From Trichoplax adhaerens (lineage: Eukaryota > Animalia > Placozoa): a stretch of DNA of 64,000 nucleotides. The notes beneath the pieces were generated by a model. That model made no database searches. It was not told the origin of the DNA and saw nothing but the letters and a program-made list of their open reading frames with translations. A program made the position numbers and the translations under genes. Location: positions 10,510,209-10,574,208 of the forward strand of contig NW_002060943.1 in NCBI RefSeq assembly GCF_000150275.1. Direction: 5' to 3'. This document shows, piece after piece, positions 49,501-63,906 of this stretch (position 1 is the first letter of the stretch; the number at the start of each line of letters is the position of its first letter).

Positions 49501-51512
49501 ATAATTTGCTTGATATTCCGTAATCTTATTCTGTGATTCTACAAGATCTTTCCTACATCTTTCTAGAGCGATTCGTAACATTACTGCATCTTCCTGTGTA
49601 TTATCTTTAGCTCGACCTTGGTCACGGGCAGTGATTAGCTCCTCGTACTGGTATCTTAAATCGTTTATATCTTGCACTAATAGTTTTCTGCAAACACAAA
49701 AATTATTCTAAGCTAAAAAGCTAGATTTTATAGATGTGCAGCATTTTATTAAGATATTTTAGGGTTACACCTATCTATACGGTAAAGTTTCTATTAATCA
49801 GCTACCTAGCATCTGCTTCATTGCGATACTTTTCGTGTTCTAGAGATAATTCTTCTTGTAGCTATAGAACAGACGTTAAAAAGCATAGTTAGATAACTTA
49901 TTTCTTTAGGCTATTTACTAACTGAATACAGTAAAATACTAAGTATTATGGCATTAACTCAGGTAACTGCAGCTGATTTACCTTTTGAATCATTTCAGCT
50001 AGAGTTTGTTTATCTTCCCTAAAGGTTAATAATATAAGTTGTAAAAATTAGTTATAAATTCTTTCGGTTAGCTTACTGTAAGCTAAGTAAACTCTTATCT
50101 TGTGCAAATTGTTTATTACCTTATATCATCTATTTTATTTGTTAATTTCTTGTTTTCGTTTTTAAGCTCTTCAAGCTCTAATTTTATTTTGAAAATTTAA
50201 ATACTTGGTTAATTCTTTTTCAAATAAAGTATTGTGTTCTGTTATCTGAATACTTGTGATGTAATACCTTTCCTTTCTAAGTCACGTAATTGCATGATTT
50301 TCTGATCGCATTCTTCAGCAATAGTAATAATCATCGCCTATATTTTGATTCATGAAATAATTTGATAAGATTTGATTTTCTGCGATATTATAAATACCGT
50401 AAGTAAATTGGATTCGAAGTATAGTAATAATGATCGTAATCATAAAATATGAAATAATGTCTGGCAAATTCACATTTATTGAAATGGCCTACGTATGTAG
50501 CGATTAACCTTAAGTGGCTCTAGTTCTACTACTTTATCTTTTAATTCATTGATATATGTTTCATATTCATTCTTGATGGAAGCCAACATAGGCTTGTATG
50601 TTTTAAATTCCTGGATAAGAAACTCGAATACCTGGCGAAATACCTTAAAAGAGGAAGAGATTTTAAGTAATAACTCTAAGCCTATTTATTTATCTAAACT
50701 AGAAGCAAAATGCCTTACTTGCATTCGAGCCTCATGAGAAGTTGTATTTAACCTTCCTATTATAGATAATTCACGATTTAGATATGTTTCTAGATCTTTT
50801 AGAAACTTTGGTTTCGGTTGAGTAGTAGATACACTCGCGGGGACGTAAGCTGATTGAGCGTGAGGCATACTACTTGCTGGCCAAACGTCAACTATCCCTG
50901 TCTTGCCATCATTAATATGCTAGAAAGGATCAAATCAATAATATTATTAATTTGTACTTAATCACGTTAAATATTATTACACAAATTCTTTTCTTTAGAT
51001 TGATTAATTATACAAACTCCAAAACTGACCTGATTCTTAAGGTTCAATGTATTATCATGATCTTTTTCATGAATTCTATTAAAGATTTCGTAAATTAATT
51101 TAAATTTTACTTAAATTTGTGTCATACATACAGAATAATTTATTTATAAATCTATGTAGTACACAGTCATAAGTGCAGTTGTAGATTTACGTAATATCAA
51201 ATAGAGATGTTCAGAGATGTTTACTAATGGAATGCTTCGCTGTTATACGCTTAAGTTTTCATATTTACAAGTTAGTCTACTAATGTTGTATTTGCTACAT
51301 CTGTTTTAAAGTCAGAATAGCAAAACTATTATGGAGTTGTTATGTCTGTAATTCGATCGCCTATACGTGTGTTATTACAGCTAGCAATGTTAGCTTTACA
51401 ATGACGCTAGTTAAAATATTAACTAGTTTTAGTTACGGATATACGAAAAAGAATACACCACTAACGCTTACGTTGTATCGCTGATTGGGGGTAATTTGCT
51501 GGCAGTGTACAT
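46552..51512 (-). CDS. TSNAXIP1: Translin-associated factor X-interacting protein 1; multi-exon coiled-coil protein
   Basis: Probable ATG 51512 (MYTASKLPPIS). PKPKFLKDLETYLNREL, FIQEFKTYKPMLASIKNEYE, ANYGDVIPRRDFE, SATPRPDWSKC, IPRYLRYEGKIRN and EWGYNLHYAC match remembered TSNAXIP1 motifs. Stop at 46552-46554. Confidence 0.85.
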
Positions 51513-51791
51513 CTTTATTCCGTTCTTAAAAACTAACTTAGTAAAATATTTAATTTAGTTCTGTCTTCAGAAGGTAGGTTCCCTAATAACAGCAATTACG
51601 AATGCTGTACGTTGAAGTTCAGTGCTAGGGAAATGTTTGGATAGTGTAGCAGTATGCGCTGTATATCGCTTCTATCATCACTAAAGTACTGTAGTCACTG
51701 TACAGTTCTCTAGCACTATTTCATTCTCTAAGTATATGGTTACGATTGATTTGCTGGCTAATTTTTGATAAAGTTGAGATACGCAATGTTT

Positions 51792-51805
51792 GTATCCATG
51801 GTAAC
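51792..51805. promoter_or_regulatory. Candidate RFX X-box upstream of TSNAXIP1
   Basis: GTATCCATGGTAAC (1 mismatch to GTTNCCATGGNAAC), 280 bp upstream of the ATG. A second, weaker site GTTCCCTAATAAC at 51578-51590. Confidence 0.5.
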
Positions 51806-52299
51806 AGCGGTCTTTAACTTTCAACTTGCTTTTGCTGTACCGCGGCGTACCGTACTCAGCGAGTGAGTCAGTGTACAGTAGTATAAGGCAGAGTCCTGCA
51901 ATGGAGTGAAAATGCAACCTGAACCCAATTAAATTGTTGATTTTCTAACCCGAAATGAGTGTATTTGCTATACAAACATTGTATCACTACAGAAATTCTT
52001 AACTCGAATCCCGATCTCGAGTTGGGTTCAAGTGGGTCTAGGACAATTTGCCGCTGTACAATGTAATAGTATAGGATCGAAACAATATCAATATAGATTT
52101 GACATTACGAGGATGAATTGAACACTTTGCAGCGTTCAATCCTATACACCGTAAAATTAATCTAATTCAATTAAGTATCTGTTTTGATATTACGAGGGTT
52201 TATAGTACAGTTACAGTATGTGCAGCTTGTGGAATCCGTGTGACCGTCATTAATTTAAGTCTTTTGTTTTTACAGGGACTGTCCTGTCCCCTAATGATC

Positions 52300-52920
52300 T
52301 ACGGTACAGTAATGGTCACTGGAACTGTGGGCATGTACTGTACACTGTGAGTTCTTCAGTTACGTCATCATCAGTCAGTCATCGTTATTACGGTACTGTA
52401 CTCAGTGTACTGTATCATCAGTAATGCCATCAGCTGTCATTTCGCAAAACTCAGCTGTACAGTACATCAGTTACATGATGTCATACAGTACTCCTCATAC
52501 CAAACAGGTGGAAAAACGAAAGACGGGAGAAAAAATTGGAACGTAATATGTTTTCTATAGACGTTAGGGACTAGTTTGGGATAGGGATATACAAAATTAA
52601 GTATTCATTATAAAAACTATGAAAAAGAAGTTGAGCATTCCCTGACGATAACCATACAGTAGACGTAAAACCTTTTTACCTCTATGACTAACTGCACCGA
52701 GTGTACTGTAATGTACAGTACTGTACTGTAGCAATAAATTGAAAGTACTGTACTGTACTGTACAGTACTGTACAGTACTGTCCAGTGTTCTGAATTTCTG
52801 ATACAGTACAGTACAGTACAGTACTGTACAGTAAAGTAATATTGTACTGTACGTAGTATTGTACTGTACACTGTACTGTACAATAATATATATATACTGT
52901 ACTGTATAATACAGTATAAC
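52300..52920. repeat. (ACAGT/ACTGT)n tract upstream of MROH1 (TSNAXIP1/MROH1 divergent region)
   Basis: Densest tract in the window at 52700-52915, e.g. tacagtacagtacagtacagtactgtacagta. Confidence 0.9.
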
Positions 52921-53033
52921 GAACTAATTTACCGATCTACGGACTCCAGCAGATACTGCAACTTAGCTAACGAAGGTGCGCGCTTGAGCTTATTGCATTT
53001 TTTGCTTTACTGTTTAGAAATTAGCATTTCGTA

Positions 53034-56000
53034 ATGTCGGCTAGTGGTAAACAGTGGCTTTCAGAATATGGCTCGGAGTATTCTACAGGTGGCCAAATTG
53101 ATGGTAAGTTAAGGGAATTTACTAGTCTTGATTATCTAAATGTACATTAATGTAAATAACTTGCTACCATTGATTCTAAATACTGTAATGTACATTGTAC
53201 AAGTGTGGATATGTTTGCACCGAAGTGTGCTCGAATCCTACGTACAGTAAGGTGTATGTCAGAGCCTCAGAGGTATAAATACGCAATCGATCACGTAGTT
53301 TCACCCTGGATATTATGCTTCGATTGGGAACTCATTACACGAATAGAGAATATCAGGATCGAATTCTTCATTTCCAGTTTGGTCATCGCTATGAGACTAG
53401 TGTTCTTGGTATACATACGTTGTGGTATACGAGTATGTAACAGTGTGCAGTACAGTATGTTTGTTGTCTGTGCGCAGATGACTTTTAACCCCGCTATTAA
53501 ACTACAGCACTACCATGGACTACTAGATGCACCTAGATAGTATATCTAGTAATCCATGACTCTAATTAACCTGACTCTACTGTACAGTACAAGTGAGACG
53601 TAGATGATAACTGGCTTAAATGATGGCGCATTGAACGACAGTATTGATACCAATAACTTTACTATTTACAGTTAGCTAGCCTTTGCACTATATTAAATTT
53701 ATTGGCATCAATAAGCCGACTTGGCTGTGCTGCGTGATCATACGAAATCTTAAGACTCTTAAAATACAGCGTAATCCGTATTCATGCAATAATTTTCGTA
53801 TGTACGTACAAAATTGAGTAATCATACCGCAAAATCATGGTATCGTAGATTTGTGATCCGATTTGTGAAATATTTTGTATAGTCTTAATTAATTGTGAGA
53901 GGTAAGATTATTGCATTATTATTACGATCATAAGAGCAGCACCAATATCAGGGAGATCTTATACTGTACCTGGTAATGCGAATGTATGTATGCAGTGTCC
54001 ATAACGCTCGTAATGAATGAGCATAAGCTAGAAATTAACTATATGGAAGTTACTTTCCTGCATTATAGTAGTAATTATCGACATCATGTACTGTCGCAGG
54101 TACTTACAGTATGACAGTTCCTGGAACTCTGTAAATAATTGGTATGGTTGACGATTGAAATGGACTATTAATAGTATGAAATGCAACTAAAGTGCTTCTG
54201 TACGAATTTGTACAATTCAAATCCTACTAATGCTTAAGCATGCTTAGATTGGAAGGCTCCATATTTTAGGGGCTGTATATTGGATGTTGTGTGGTCGAGA
54301 GATTATACTGCGATAGACGATGATCAGTAGACATAATTTGTTCTGATATTGTTTTTCTACTAATTTGGGAAGAAATGGTATTGGCTCTCATTGAGAGCTG
54401 TGCGGATAAATCTGAATCTGTCCGTGCAACGGTTGCTGATTCACTGACTTCTATCGGAAAGAAAAAGCCTGCCTTAGTTTTAAATTTCTGCAAGGTCTTC
54501 CTAGAGAAAAGGACCAAGGTAATAGGTGTTACCTCATGATTGTGCAGTAGGTACTATTATGAAGATGAAGCAACTGAAACTGTTACTGTATGACTTAAAA
54601 TACTATATTGTTGTAGCTTCCAGTTATTTAAATACACATCGGTATCTCTAAGGAATGCATACAAAAATAGTTACATCTGTTCATATAAATAGTGTTTGCG
54701 TTTTGTAAGGCTGTTACACTTATAACTCTTCTCAACACAATATCGCATAAAACAGCGTAAGAACTTGGCTAATACTATTTTGTAAATGGTAACATTTTTA
54801 GTTAGATAAAGGTCATCGAGTTTTACTCTTGGGAGTTATTAAAAGAATTGTTACCGAAACTATCGATACTTTACCATCCCAAGTAGGATGTGACCTAGTT
54901 CGGTTGGCCTCGTCTGAAATGACTGCATCAAAGGTAAAACTGGTATCAGTTCTTAAATACTGTATATATTACGGTCAGTGTGCGTATCGGGGATAAGTCC
55001 ACTATATACTATCATTACTGAAAGGGCACATAGCGATACTACAGTACTAATTTCGGATTTATTGTTACTAAAACTGTAACAATATCATAATTCTATTTTA
55101 TGTATGAATCTTAAATAGGAAGTCATTGTTGATTGGCAAACTGCAGCTTCCGAGGTTCTCGTTGCTTTAGGTAGTAGATTTGCTAAGGAAGTTATTACAA
55201 GTTTATTAGATAAGTTTGGAGCTGGAGCTATTCCACATTATTTTGTTGTTCAAACCCTGGCTAATCTAGCATCAAAGAATGGTAATATAATTAAATTCTA
55301 ATAAATTTTAGTTACAGTAGTTTTAAAGCTTCAGTCCTATACTTAACAATGGTGCTCTTTTAATATAGCTTATTGCGTCGTTCCTCACTTGAAAGATACT
55401 TTTGGAAGATTGTTGCCTATGCTGGGGATGGCAAAATCAGATAATATGAAGTATATATTCTCTTATGGTAAGAAGTTATCTTTGCTTCGCTTTGTGCTCT
55501 GGGTATAATATTGATAATGATATCTATTGACGTAGCTCACATGGCTCGCTTGTTCATATGATTTTGATATTTAAATATAGAATATCTTTTATTTTATGTG
55601 TTTCTATCCCGTAGCTCTCAATCGATTTTGTGAGAGCATTTCAGAATACGTAGCCAATATTGATAAAGCTCCCGATAAAAAGATATCTTCCGGTATGTAC
55701 TTTGGTGAGGTTTCGGCGGGTTACGATGTTCTATTTGGCGTATGGTTACAGTCCAAAGATTCGCGGGTAAGAGACTATAGTTCCAATTTATCGTTGATTT
55801 AAATGACCGAAATCATATAATGATATTATTAATTGTAGCTTCGTTCGGTCGTTGCCGAAGCGATTGGACAGATGGCACTTATTTTGCCGCGAGATAAAAT
55901 CGAAGAGCAATCAACAAAATTAATATCTGTTATTGTGTCATTATACCGGAAACATAGCCCAAATGATCACTTATTAATTACAGAGGTAATTCTTAAAATA

Positions 56001-59000
56001 ATACTATGTTTTCTATTTCGCTCAGTGATAAATTTTGGATGATCTCATTACAAGAAACTTCAGAAGTTGTACTTTAATGTGAAAGGATAGTGAATTCTGT
56101 GAGTTGTTATTATCATTCTAATCATGCTATTGGTAGTGTCTCTGCAATATATTAGCTGCTCATTTGCAAGTTGGATGTCAGATAGCGGATTCGTTAGCAG
56201 ATAATGTTATGGCAACATTACATAATCAGGTAAATATTACTTATTATATGGACGATTTTTAGCGCGATCATTATTCTCTTTTATTGATCTTAAATTTTAT
56301 AATCCTTAGGCATGTGCATTTGCTGATTTTGGTAGCACTAGTTCTATTAAAAATCATAATGAAGTACTAAGGTGCTTTGCTGTCATTGGTAAGCATAGGC
56401 ATTATTATTTTACTTTACGTTAAATATTACCTTAGTAACTATTGCACAAGGGTATATCTTCGCTATTAAGATTTCCACGGCTTCTTCTTCAGGTCCTATT
56501 ACTTCCAATCGTTTAATACAATTTTTATTGAACAAATTGGAAAATCCTAATGATAAGATCAGAATCGGAACGCTTAACATCTTGAAACATATTATTAATG
56601 CATCTGGTAATAGCTGACACTCAATGATAGAAATTTGAGAGCATTTCGTCTTTATTCTGCAGTCTAGGGTGAAATTTTAATCTGCAAATTTGTATTCACT
56701 GTAGGTATTCCACAAGATAAAATGGCACTAATCATTAGTGGTCTTAAAATTTTGTTAAATGAAACGAACAATAAGGTGGCAAAGAAAATTATTACCGTAA
56801 AATTTTTTTGATTATTTACTTTTACTTTCTATTTATACTGTAGGTTAAGCAGACACTTGCACAAGTGATCAGTGCAATGGCTCATCATGAATATTTACAT
56901 TTGGAGGGTGGTCAGCTTCTGGTTGAATTCATTGTTAGGCAGTGCGCGCTAACAGACAATCTACAGGTACACTTTAATACTTGTCTGTCTAATACTGTTA
57001 TACTTCACAATTTATCAATTTTTATTTCAATAAGGCACTATTTGATGATTTTGATATAATTTCTTTACAGTGCTGTCTTTCTATCTGTAGTAATAAATCC
57101 TAAATATGCGTGTATCTTAATTGGTATTTTTATTGTTCTAAAAATTCGTCCAATCAATTATATGTATTACAGAAGACTACTAAACCTGACTCTGAAGTTT
57201 CCAACGCCTCTCTACGAGTAATGTGTGGAAATGTTCTACAGTTAGTAACCACAACTGTGGCTCACATGCAAAACGTAAGTATTTGGATGCGAAATTTTTT
57301 GTATCACTATGAATTTTATTACAATAATTTACCAAATTGTTAAAGTAAATTTGGTGATTTTAGGTTTTATGGCCCACCCTAATAGAATTTATTGTTCCAA
57401 TGAAGTATAATAATGCTGCCGGTGTTATTTGTCGTAGCGCGGCATTTTTAGCTAACAAAAAACAATCGGAGGAATCAAGTGATTATTACCTTGATTACGC
57501 ATGTCAAGGTGGAACTTTATTTTCGTTTAATTAAATTTCAGTGTTATGATTTATTTTCAGCTATATCTTGGCTGACAATATAATACGAGTATATGTATGG
57601 ACTCCTGGATACACCGTATATCTAAATGTTCATGGCTGTTGTATTACATATTATGAAGCAATATAATTAATGTAATGAACCATGTTGTATTGCTACCGTA
57701 CCCTAGTTTAGCTGAGCTTAAATCGCAATATACAAGGCTATAAAATAGTTCGAAATAGAATAGCTGTAATTTTAAGCTTTAGTAAATTATATATTTTACG
57801 CAGAATACAGTGTATCCCAATTACACATTTGTTAATACCATTTAAATAATAACTGTTGGTACTTTTTATTATCTAATTTTAGTAAATCTACCAAAGCCTG
57901 TCGCTTTATTGGCTAGATTATTAGTAAGTTTTAGTATTTATAATTATTAAATTTGTAATATCAAAATTTTTAATCATTGCTGAGAATTAATGTGCCGTAC
58001 AATATCGTTGAAACTTGGCTTTATTGTCAAGGTTTTGGCTGGATTACCAAAACGGTCGTGTGGTCAAGGATTACACGTGCTAAATTTTTTGCTTGCGATG
58101 TCGAGCAATATTAACGAAGCCTTTGCAGATATGTGGGATAGCGTACTCCCAAGAATGATTACATACTTGGAAGGTATAAGATATCACAGTTTGATAATTA
58201 CTGTTGTATACTAGTTTGGATAGTTGTTGGTTAACAGATTGTATCACTTTAGAACATTCAGCTGGAGATGACTGGAATCAGAAAGCTTGGGAAGATCTTG
58301 TGTTGAAGGTAATAAAATAAACAAGTTAAATTAAGCTCTCCAGTTAACTTATACCTGACTCTAGATATAAACTAAAATAAATAATTATGGACTTTTTTTG
58401 TTTTTGATTTATTAGTTACTAACAAAATCTTTGGAGGAAGTGGAAGATGAAAATTGGACTTGTGAGTTAGGCTCAGAAATGAGTTCACAAATAGTCATGT
58501 ATGAGAGTTTTCCTGAAGAAAAGGCTAGTAAAGTAATATTAAAATCATATTATTCAGTAGTACAATATTACCGGCGTGATAAAAGCATTTTTTTGTCTTA
58601 TAAAACAATGAAGATACTGTGATCTGATTAAATTTTAACAAGAGTGCAAATCTAATATCAAATTAATTTTATTTGTTTATAGAATTTTCTGTATAAGTGT
58701 ATAGGAGTAATTCTTCGTAAAACAACCAACAAAGCTTATGTAGAGAAGCAGTTAAACATTATGTTTTCTAGTGTTAATCATACTAATCAAACAGAAAGAG
58801 AGGTATGTTCTATAGGAACTTCTTGTGTGCTGCACCTAATTTGTAGTATACTAAGGATTGACAGTAGATTTTCTGAATCCATTATTATAGGGCTGTGCAA
58901 TGGGAATGGGATTTGCATCGTATGCCCACTTAGATGCAGTTTTACAAAAGCTTGAAGATGTGCCTAAACGTGAAATGGTCAGAAAGTCCACCGGTTTTAT

Positions 59001-62000
59001 GGGCTTTATGAAAGTGCGGATTCTAATGCGCTGGCATTTAAGATAGAATATTATTAGTTCAGCGTAGTCTTGACAGATGGATTTGAAAGTACTTTATTGT
59101 CACTTTGTAGGATAAGTCTGAAGCTGATGTAGAAAGGATAAAAAGTACTCTCATACTTAGTTACGGTTACGTAACCTATTATTCTCCAGTAAAGTAAGTT
59201 CTTAATACCTTAAAGATACTTTGTTACTGTACTATTGCGTGCTAGTAACTATGATTAACCCGATTTATATACGTATGTTATAGTCTGATAACATCAAGAA
59301 TTGAAGTAAATATACTTCGAGTGATTAATCCTCAGTTTGGAAATGTAAAGGTAATAAACGTCGTTGACCATCTATTTTTATTGTTCTATAAGATCTGTAG
59401 TGTTACACCACCAGTTACAGCTCGTACTTTCATTCCATTTCTTCCTAATAAAGTTAAGTTTAATTTTGACTATTTTCAGGATTCCACCGTAAAACAGAAT
59501 CTCATTCGATCAGTAGCATTAATTGGCCATGCTTTACACAAAGATCATCTAAAATTTAGTTTTACATTTAATAAAAGAGATGATCTTATAACACATATGC
59601 TGGTAATTCGATTGATGTGATTATATTACATAGAAATCTTTTACTCGTTTAAATATAGCTTACGGTTTTGAATCTATAGAACTACATCAAAGCCGAGCAT
59701 GGAACTGCCATATCAACGGAAACAAGGAGTCTTGCTATGGATGCTTGCACAACCTTAATGTATCCAAGTTTTATCTGTACTCTAGTTTCGGTTTTTAAAC
59801 TTTAGTGTTTAAAGTTTTACGTTTCCGTTAGCCAATTCACCTTAACATAAAAAAATATTTAGTAAACTTGAACCGAATCTTGACGAGAGTCTTATAGGGA
59901 CTTTGGTGAAAATTTGTGCTAAGAGCATTTATTGTGTCAACACCTTGGACAATGTAAGAACATTGGAACTATCTTTAATATATAAAATATAGAGACCAAT
60001 AAAACAAATTCTCATACAATAATAGGCAGAAGAACTGGCGGAAAAAACACTAAGGAGTTTTAACTTGATGTTATGCGAAATTTTGGAAAACGGAAGTCCC
60101 TCAAATGATTTCTTTATGCTTTATAAAGTACATAAGAAAATCTATAGTCCAGTTAGTTATGACTTGATTATATTGTTAATATCAAAATTCATAAACGATT
60201 TTACAGCACTTGGAGAATTGGATATATTCTAGTCACGAAAGGGAGAGGGACAGATCCCTTCAATCTTTGGCTGCAATTCTTGAATGGTATTTGGAACATG
60301 CAGAGTCGGAAAACAAAGATGTAACTGTTGTGATAAATAAATATTCTCACTGAGAATTTGTATCAGTTATTTATCATCTACCCTTTACTACTTTATTACT
60401 GAGATGATTGCAGGTTACATGTAACGTATTTTCCCCTGTAACCATCCCATTATTATTGCTTAGGGTTCATCTAAAAAATTTGGAGCTGTCATAGCACGCT
60501 TGGCCCCTCGCGTGGCCGACCCGCTTGCGTCTGTTAGAGAATCCACTATTACCTGTACACAACTGATATTCCGCATCGAAATGCAATTTCAAGGTTTGAT
60601 ATATTACTTACCCGGTTTTAATTAGTTTTTGTATGATCCCGTCATTAGAGTACAAATTGAAAGGGTTTGTGAATTCTGTTTTAACAACGTTTCAGCAATT
60701 GGCAACGATGAATTGGTTGATGCAATGGATTTATTAATAGAGAGATGTAGAAAGGAAGAATCAACTGTCATTACCTCGGTAGTAAATGACTACGGCAAGG
60801 TAATGGATCTATAACAACAGTTTCATGATCGCTGCGTGAGCATGAAGTTAAACTGCAAATTTTAATGTTTAATAGTACTATTTTTATGTATCATTACCAG
60901 ATATTAGCTAAGAAGATTCGTGAAGTTGAATTAGTAGAATTCATCTATTTGTTGTTGGATGGTCTGGTAGATTGTCAGTTACAGAGTGCAGTAGGTACTA
61001 GTGCGATCATTAATGCTGTTCTTCGATCCAGAGCTGGAGGCTTAAGAGAAGAGGTAAAATAATTTTTAGCTATATAGAAGCATTATGAATTATCAATATA
61101 TATGAGAGTATTAATTTGTTGATTGGAAGATGTGAGGCGTGAAAGTAGTGGTTGATTTTCACAAGTTCTTTATTGTTGTATGCCAAGGTTCCAAAACTGA
61201 TTCAGAAACTGCGTGAAAAACTAGAAGAAATTGATGATGATAAATGTATTAAAGGAGTTCGTAAATCATTCCGAGTTTTGGCATCTTACCATTTATTACC
61301 AGTTTTAGATGTTTTGCTCAACTTCAAGTTGCCTTATGATCGGTATACTATTTTATTTAGGAATTGTTTTTACTTAATAGATCTAAATGCTACAGTATTA
61401 TTTTCTATAATATCGATGTAACTGCAGTAATATGATATGTACATCGCTTTTAAAAATAGTTATGTAGTTGGGCTTTGGAAGACCTTGGCTGAAGAAGAGG
61501 AGATGTTAGGTAGCGTCTGTTCTCATTTTATGGATTTACTCAAAAAAAGCTTTCCTTTTCAAGAGCAAGGGCGAAAGGAAATAATTAAAATTGCCACTGA
61601 ACAACCTATTGCTGTAAGTCTTGGATACACTGTGCTTAGAACTTCTAATTTCGAATCCTATATGTCTGTGTTAGAGAAATTAACAGCATAACGTTAATAA
61701 TTGTATATTCAGATTGCTTGCGGTTTTAATGAGCTATTCAAAGTGCCGACTGCTGTATCCATTGCAAAGCGGGACTATCCCCAGTTATTTTCAACTTTGT
61801 TACTGCGAATTGGCACTTGCATAAAAGTTCAACAAGTAAAAGAGAAAAGCTCTAAAGCACATGGAGTTAGTCCCATGCGGTATGATTATAATTGGCTACA
61901 ATATTTCTAACATGTTTTTGCCAAATTATTTAAATTTTCCGTTTTGCAAATACTTATTATTATACTGAGATGCAACATATCCTAATCAGATAATTTGAAT

Positions 62001-63906
62001 GTTGATGATATTGATACAGGACAGCGATATCGGCTTTTCAAGGTTTTCTTACATTATCAGAAGAATTTGAGGTTCTTGATGAAATTGACAAAGAGGACGG
62101 CTGGGATAAAATACGTCATGATAAAGCATATTCGGATGCTATTGTGGCTATAACTAGGTCGTTAATTTAAGAACCTAGACTAGCATTACCGATTTTTTAC
62201 TGATAAAGCTGTTTTTACTCTAGTGCTTTATGTAAATCCATATTACTAAGACCACATATCGCCAAGGTAATAGCATACTTGATGCCAGCATTGAACGGAC
62301 CTTATGACAATCAAAGGTTAATTGTGGCAGCTTTTTTCGCTGAGGTATGATACTGTGATTACATGTAGTTCTGTAGTAGAGATTGTGCATAAAGTCTGTT
62401 GTACTTCGGATTAATTATGTAACTTGATCATTAACGATATTGAATAGATTATAAATCAACGTTGTTTGGGAGAGCTTGGGCAGGCTGATATTATTATAAA
62501 TTGTTTACTAAGCCGGCTGGTAGATGACAACTTAAAAGTTCGCATGTTTTGTGTTCGCGGTTTGGGTAATGTAGCCAGCGTTGGAAGGGAGCACGTACGA
62601 ATACTTTATTTCTGTATTTAGTAAACAATTTTACTAGATTATTGACGCTATTTGAAATGCGTATATGTTTGAAATATCTATTTTCCAGTTCAATGCATAC
62701 TCTACCACTGTTCTTTCCGCGTTGATGTCTGGTATTGACGAAAAAGACGACTCTGACTGCGATATAACTCTCGAAGCTATGTCTGGACTTAGTAGAATAA
62801 TTGCTGAACTTGATGAAACTCATGTTAGATCGATACTAATTAATATCTCATTAAAGATTCGGCCATGTTTTGAGAAGGTAATTTGGAAAAGTTCATATAA
62901 AACGTGTTCATGATATTGCGTAACTATGTAGTATCGTAATTTCTTGGTACTTCAGAGCGAAGAAAAAGTCAGAGCGAGAGCATTTACGCTATTTGGCCAT
63001 TTGTCGAAATTTGGTGATGGTCCTTCAAAAGTACCGTTTCTGGAACAAATTCAAGCCAATATGGTGTCATTATTGTTACATCTAAATGAGAATGAAGCTA
63101 GTGTGGTCAAGGTTGTACTATTTATTTATTATCATTTGTTATATTCCATGTTATTGGACATCGCACAGCATACTAAGATTTTACACTGCTTAATTTGCAG
63201 GCGTGTAAATTTACATTAAGAAGTATTGGACCACTGCTTAACAATTCTGAGATTGACTATATGTTTCAGAAGTATCTATTAGATGACGCAACTTTGTATT
63301 ATGGAGAATTTTTAAATAATTTGACACGTTTACTGGTAATATTTACAAGCTATATTACAACACACTGTATATATATATTTCTTAAATTCGGATTATTTTC
63401 AATTAACCTTCTTGATAGAAAATTTCGTCCTGTGCTTTTTATATGACAATGTAAAACTGTTATACAGATCTCGGAATACAAAGAAAAAACAAGCCTTTAC
63501 GTAACTGGAGCAACCAGATTTTTTAAAAGTGAATGGGAAGAGATAAGAGCTAATGCAGCCACTTTGATTGGTATAGAAATTTTAGTGTAGAATATACATA
63601 AAAGCGTTGAATGGTTAAGCTTGCTAAAAATGTATAGTATTGCATGTTTATTCATACGTAATAAAATACTCTGTTGCAGGTTATTATTTGGGTAACTTAC
63701 CTAATGAACTTCGTGAGACTATCTCTAAGGAACATGTTTGCAACGGTGAATATTAATTACTGATGTATGATATCTGTTTTCGATGTTCACGTTGCATTTT
63801 TAATTCTTAATTTTTTCTTACAGCTTTGAAAATGCTTCTTAAAGATACTTCCCCTATGGTAAGATCTGGATGTGCTACGGCGACAAGTTTATTGTATGAA
63901 TATTAA
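53034..63906 (+). CDS. MROH1: Maestro heat-like repeat-containing protein 1 (HEATR7A); >40 short exons
   Basis: Probable ATG 53034. WQTAASEVLVALG.RF, PHYFVVQTLANLA, KNHNEVLRCF, MAHHEYLHLEGG, EKNFLYKCIG, EREGCAMGMG, LEAMSGLSRI, IRPCFEK, FFKSEWEEIRANAA. Stop TAA 63904-63906. The start exon is less certain. Confidence 0.9.
53514..53558. mobile_element. 45-bp palindrome of the CATGGACTACTA family in MROH1 intron 1
   Basis: CATGGACTACTAGAT...ATCTAGTAATCCATG; arms match 14/15; flanks GCACTAC/ACTCTAA match only 4/7. Confidence 0.5.
59760..59862 (+). other. Candidate U12-type GT-AG intron in MROH1
   Basis: 5' site GTATCC; branch site CCTTAAC at 59840-59846 followed by an A-rich 16-nt spacer ending in AG. 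Splicing gives in-frame ACTTLIKLEP. Confidence 0.65.

Noticed and set aside
52700-52915. CRISPR-like or other prokaryotic repeat array
   Set aside because: It is a simple pentamer microsatellite without unique spacers, in a spliceosomal-intron eukaryotic context. No tRNA or rRNA genes were recognised anywhere in the window.
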